From NCBI GenBank assembly GCA_963810095.1, contig CAWEMM010000009.1, forward strand, positions 256,001 to 320,000: DNA of 64,000 nt. Direction: 5' to 3'. This document shows positions 60,704 to 64,000 of this stretch, piece after piece. Below the pieces are notes generated by a model. That model saw only the letters and a list, made by a program, of their open reading frames with translations, was not told the DNA's origin and did not search any database. Numbering within the stretch: position 1 is the first letter of the stretch; the number at the start of each line of letters is the position of its first letter. This stretch comes from an uncultured Chloroflexia bacterium. Its GTDB lineage: Bacteria > Chloroflexota > Anaerolineae > CG2-30-64-16. Position numbers and translations under genes: made by a program.

Positions 60704-61723
60704 TCATTCGATCTCGCTCAACTTCACCGGGCGCCCTTCCCGGTGCGATTTCCAGGCTGCCAGCCCCATCACAACGGGCGCACGGGCGTCTGTGCCGCTC
60801 ACAGCGACGGGGCGGTCTTGCAGCACCGCGTCCACGAACGCGAGCACTTCCGTAGCAAAGCTCTCGGTGTAGCGGTCCATGAAGAAGTTCAGCGGCAGGT
60901 CGCGGCGTACGCTCGTCGCATCGCTTAACACCGCCGCGTTCGGGTAGTTGTTGGCGGTCGCAATGCTGCCCTTGCTGCCCAAGCACCTCGACCCGCTGGT
61001 CGTATCCGTAGGCCGCGCGCCGGCAGTTGTCGATCGTGCCGATAACGCCGTTGGCAAACTTCAGCATGATGACTGCCGTGTCCACGTCGCCCGCTTCGCC
61101 GATGGCCGGATCGACGGTGACGGCGGCCTGAGCGTAGACCTCTTCGACCTCGGACCCCACCAGGAACCGGGCCATGTCGAAGTCGTGGATCGTCATGTCC
61201 AGGAACATGCCGCCCGACACCTTGACGTACGCGATCGGCGGCGGCCCGGGATCGCGGCTGATGATGTGCAGCAGGGCCGGTTGCCCGATTTCGTCGCACT
61301 CGATCGCCTGCCGCACCCGGGCAAAGTTCGCATCGAAGCGGCGGTTGAAGCCTACCTGCAGCTTGACGCCGGCCTGTTCCACCACGGCCAGGGTCCGGTC
61401 GATCTGTTCCAGGTCGAGCGCGATCGGCTTCTCGCAGAAGACGTGCTTGCCTGCGCGCGCCGCTTCCTCGATGAACTGCGCGTGCGTGTTGGTCGGCGAG
61501 CAGATGAAGACCGCGCCTGATCTCCGGGATTCGCCAGCACCTCCCGGTAGTCGGCCGTGGCCTCCGGAATGCAGTGCTGCTCGGCCAGTTCCTGCGCCGC
61601 AGCGAGATCCACGTCCGCGACGGCCAGCAGTCGGGCACTGGGCGCCCGGTAGGCCACGGTCGCCGCGTGCACCTTGCCGATCCGCCCGGCGCCTATGATA
61701 CCAATATTCAACAAATCTGTCAC
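60704..61723 (-). CDS. iolG: Inositol 2-dehydrogenase; frameshifts ~61520 and ~60985
   Basis: IGAGRIGKVH, VFCEKP, GFNRRFD, SRDPGPP, SGGMFLDMTIHDFD, YGYDQRVE, FFMDRY. Confidence 0.88.
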
Positions 61724-61757
61724 GAGTCTCCTCCTTGAGTTGCTCAGCCCGACCGGG

Positions 61758-62688
61758 CTACAGCCCTATCGTGCGCAGATACTCCCGGTTGCGTGCAGCG
61801 CTTGCCTTTGGCGAGCCCATGCCCGGCAGCACATCCTGCTCCACGATCCCCCACTTCAGCTCGGGACGCGTATCCAGCCAGCGCGGCCACGGCTGGGAAG
61901 TCGACGCACCCTTGGCCCAGCTCGCAGAACACGCCGTTCCCCACCGACTGGAAGTAGTCCCAGCCTTCGCCGCGTGCCCGCGCGGCCACTTCGGGGTGGC
62001 AGTCCTTGAAGTGGATGTACCGGATCCGGTCCGCGAAGCGTTCAGCCCATCGACCACGCCCCGCGCAGCCGCCGGCGCCGAAGGCGTAGTGGCCGGTGTC
62101 GAAGACGAGGCCGAGCAAGTCGGGATCGGTCAGGTCCATCAGCCGGGCGATCTCGTCCGGCGTTTCGACGTAGCCCGCGCAGTGGTGGTGGAAAACGGTG
62201 CGCAGGCCGGTCTCGTCGCGCACGGCCTGCGCCACTTGTGCTGCGCCGCGTAGCGAAGATCCGCCACTCCGCGTCGCTCAAGCCCCATCTCCGGCGTGAT
62301 CCGGCCGGCGTTCTTCGTCCGCACGGGGTCGCTGCCGTTGTTGTCGGCAAGCACCAGGAAGGGCAGGTACATGGCGTGGTCCTGTCGGCGGTCGCGCGCA
62401 AGCAGCCGCGCGACCTTCAGGGCCGATTCGACCCCTGCCGCGTGCGCATCCGCATCCTTCAGCGCCACTGGCACGAACGCGCCGAGCATGCGTCAGGCGG
62501 CGGCTGTTGAGCTCCGCGGCCAGCTGGTCGGGGTCGGTGGGCATGAAGCCCCAGTCGCCCAGCTCCGTCCCGGCGTAGCCCGTTTCAGCCAGCTCGTTCA
62601 GCACCTGCGTGTATCCGGCCGCCTTGCCGTCCAGGTCGAACTCGAGCGCGCCCCACGAACACGGGGCATTGCCAATCTTGATAGGCAT
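61758..62688 (-). CDS. iolE: Myo-inosose-2 dehydratase-like TIM-barrel protein; several frameshifts
   Basis: [50 protein letters not shown] across fragments; inositol operon context. Confidence 0.8.
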
Positions 62689-62753
62689 AATCCTTCCCTC
62701 CGACACAGCCGCCAGCGAATGCCGGCGATAAACCAGGTTTCTCCTGGATGCTC

Positions 62754-64000
62754 CTAGAACTTCCGCGACCACTCGTCGAGCCAGCGCTCGACGACGACCT
62801 TCGTCTGGGTGAAGAACTCCACCGCGTGCTTGCCCTGCGCGTGCAGCGTGCCGAAGAAGCTGTTCTTCCAGCCGCTGAAGGGGAAGAAGGCCATGGGCGC
62901 GGCCACGCCGATGTTGATGCCGATGTTGCCCGCGTCGGCCTCGTAGCGGAACTTGCGCGCGGCCGAGCCGCTGCTGGTGAAGACGCAGGCCATGTTGCCG
63001 TACTCGCCGCTGTTGACCAGCTGGATCGCCTCCTCGACCGTGTCCACGTGCATCATGCCGAGCACCGGCCCGAACACCTCCGTCCGGGCGATCGTGCTGC
63101 CGGGGGCGACGCCCTGCAGGATGGTCGGCCGGAGGAAGTTGCCGTGCTTCGTAACGCTCGACGTGCTCGCGCGGCGTCCATCCACGAGCACGGCCGCGCC
63201 TTCCGTCACGCCCTGGTCGATCAGCCCCTCGATGCGCGCCTTGCTCTGCGGCGTGATGACCGGGCCCATCTGGACGCCCGGCTCCAGGCCGTAGCCGACG
63301 ACCCGGCTTGTAGCGGCTTCTGCCAGCACGGGCGTGAAGATCTTGTCTGCGCCGCCCACCGTGACCGCCAGCGAGGCGGCCAGGCAGCGCTGGCCCGCGT
63401 TGCCGAACGCGCTGTCGGAGACGATGCTCGTGGTCAGGCTCGACGTCGGCGTCGGGCAGGATGATCAGCGGGTTCTTGGCGCCGCCCTGCGCCTGCACCC
63501 GCTTGCCGTTGGCCGAGGCCCGGCTGTAGATGTGCCGCGCCACGGGCGTCGACCCGACGAAGGTCACCGCGGAGATGGCCGGGTGGTCGAGCAGTGCGTT
63601 GACCGTGTCGGCCCCGCCGTTGACCAGGTTGACGACGCCCTCGGGGAAGCCGACCTGTGTCGAGCAGACCGGAACACCTTCTGCATGCGTGAGCGGGCAG
63701 CGCTCCGACGGCTTGACAATGACGGTGTTGCCGCAGGCGAGCGCATAGGGCAGGTACCAGAAGGGGATCATGCCCGGGAAGTTGAACGGGCAGATGATCG
63801 CGGCCACGCCCACCGGCTGCCGGATCATGTACTCGTCCACGCCCCGCGCCACGTCCTCGGAAAAGTCGCCCAGCATCATCATGGGGATGCCGCAGGCCAC
63901 CTCCACGTTCTCGATCGCCCGGCGCATCTCGCCGCGGGCGTCGTCGAGCGTCTTGCCGTTCTCCATCACGATCGTGCGCGACAGGTCCTCGAAGTTCTCC
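62754..64000 (-). CDS. iolA: CoA-acylating (methyl)malonate-semialdehyde dehydrogenase, 5' truncated; frameshift ~63440
   Basis: [51 protein letters not shown]. Confidence 0.88.

Noticed and set aside
5668-62742. CRISPR array from the recurring palindromes
   Set aside because: The repeats are dispersed rather than regularly spaced with unique spacers, and there are no cas genes.
2186-64000. Programmed frameshifting or mass pseudogenisation
   Set aside because: Indels are scattered across unrelated genes, lack slippery heptamers and leave catalytic motifs intact. Sequencing error is the simpler explanation.
1-64000. tRNA, rRNA, integrase, transposase or prophage genes
   Set aside because: None recognisable, so the catabolic cluster cannot be called a mobile island from this window.

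Overview
GC-rich bacterial DNA, probably Chloroflexota/Anaerolineae (inferred from Pro/Thr/Ala-linker lipoproteins, a C-terminal YLP-type tail and the repeat families). About 30 single-base frameshifts interrupt otherwise intact genes and most likely reflect uncorrected long-read errors. From left to right: the end of an ABC/HlyD efflux operon; secreted cell-envelope enzymes (BNR+DUF1906, beta-propeller, M23); Ku-LigD (NHEJ); a GNAT; then a ~34 kb co-oriented minus-strand catabolic cluster (44.7 to 10.9 kb) plus one divergent gene. The cluster holds an IclR regulator, PyrB, three xanthine-dehydrogenase-family Mo enzymes, a hydantoinase, IorAB, an ADP-forming acyl-CoA ligase, a HisC-type aminotransferase, MmgE/PrpD, a peptide-type ABC importer, an atypical enolase-superfamily enzyme and four pyrrolysine-free MttB-family methyltransferases. 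After it come FRG, DUF2171, ROK, an M6 protease, PPK2, Dps and an inositol uptake/catabolism operon whose binding protein is a near-perfect tandem duplication. The best candidate for a new system is the cluster, read as an anaerobic pathway for an N-methylated histidine betaine (hercynine/ergothioneine-type): demethylation, transamination, imidazoleacetate plus ATP, Mo-dependent oxidation to hydantoin-5-acetate, N-carbamoyl-aspartate, then aspartate plus carbamoyl-phosphate. This pathway is inference only. A second theme, seen directly in the sequence, is at least five families of short palindromic interspersed elements, several inserted in-frame in enzymes.
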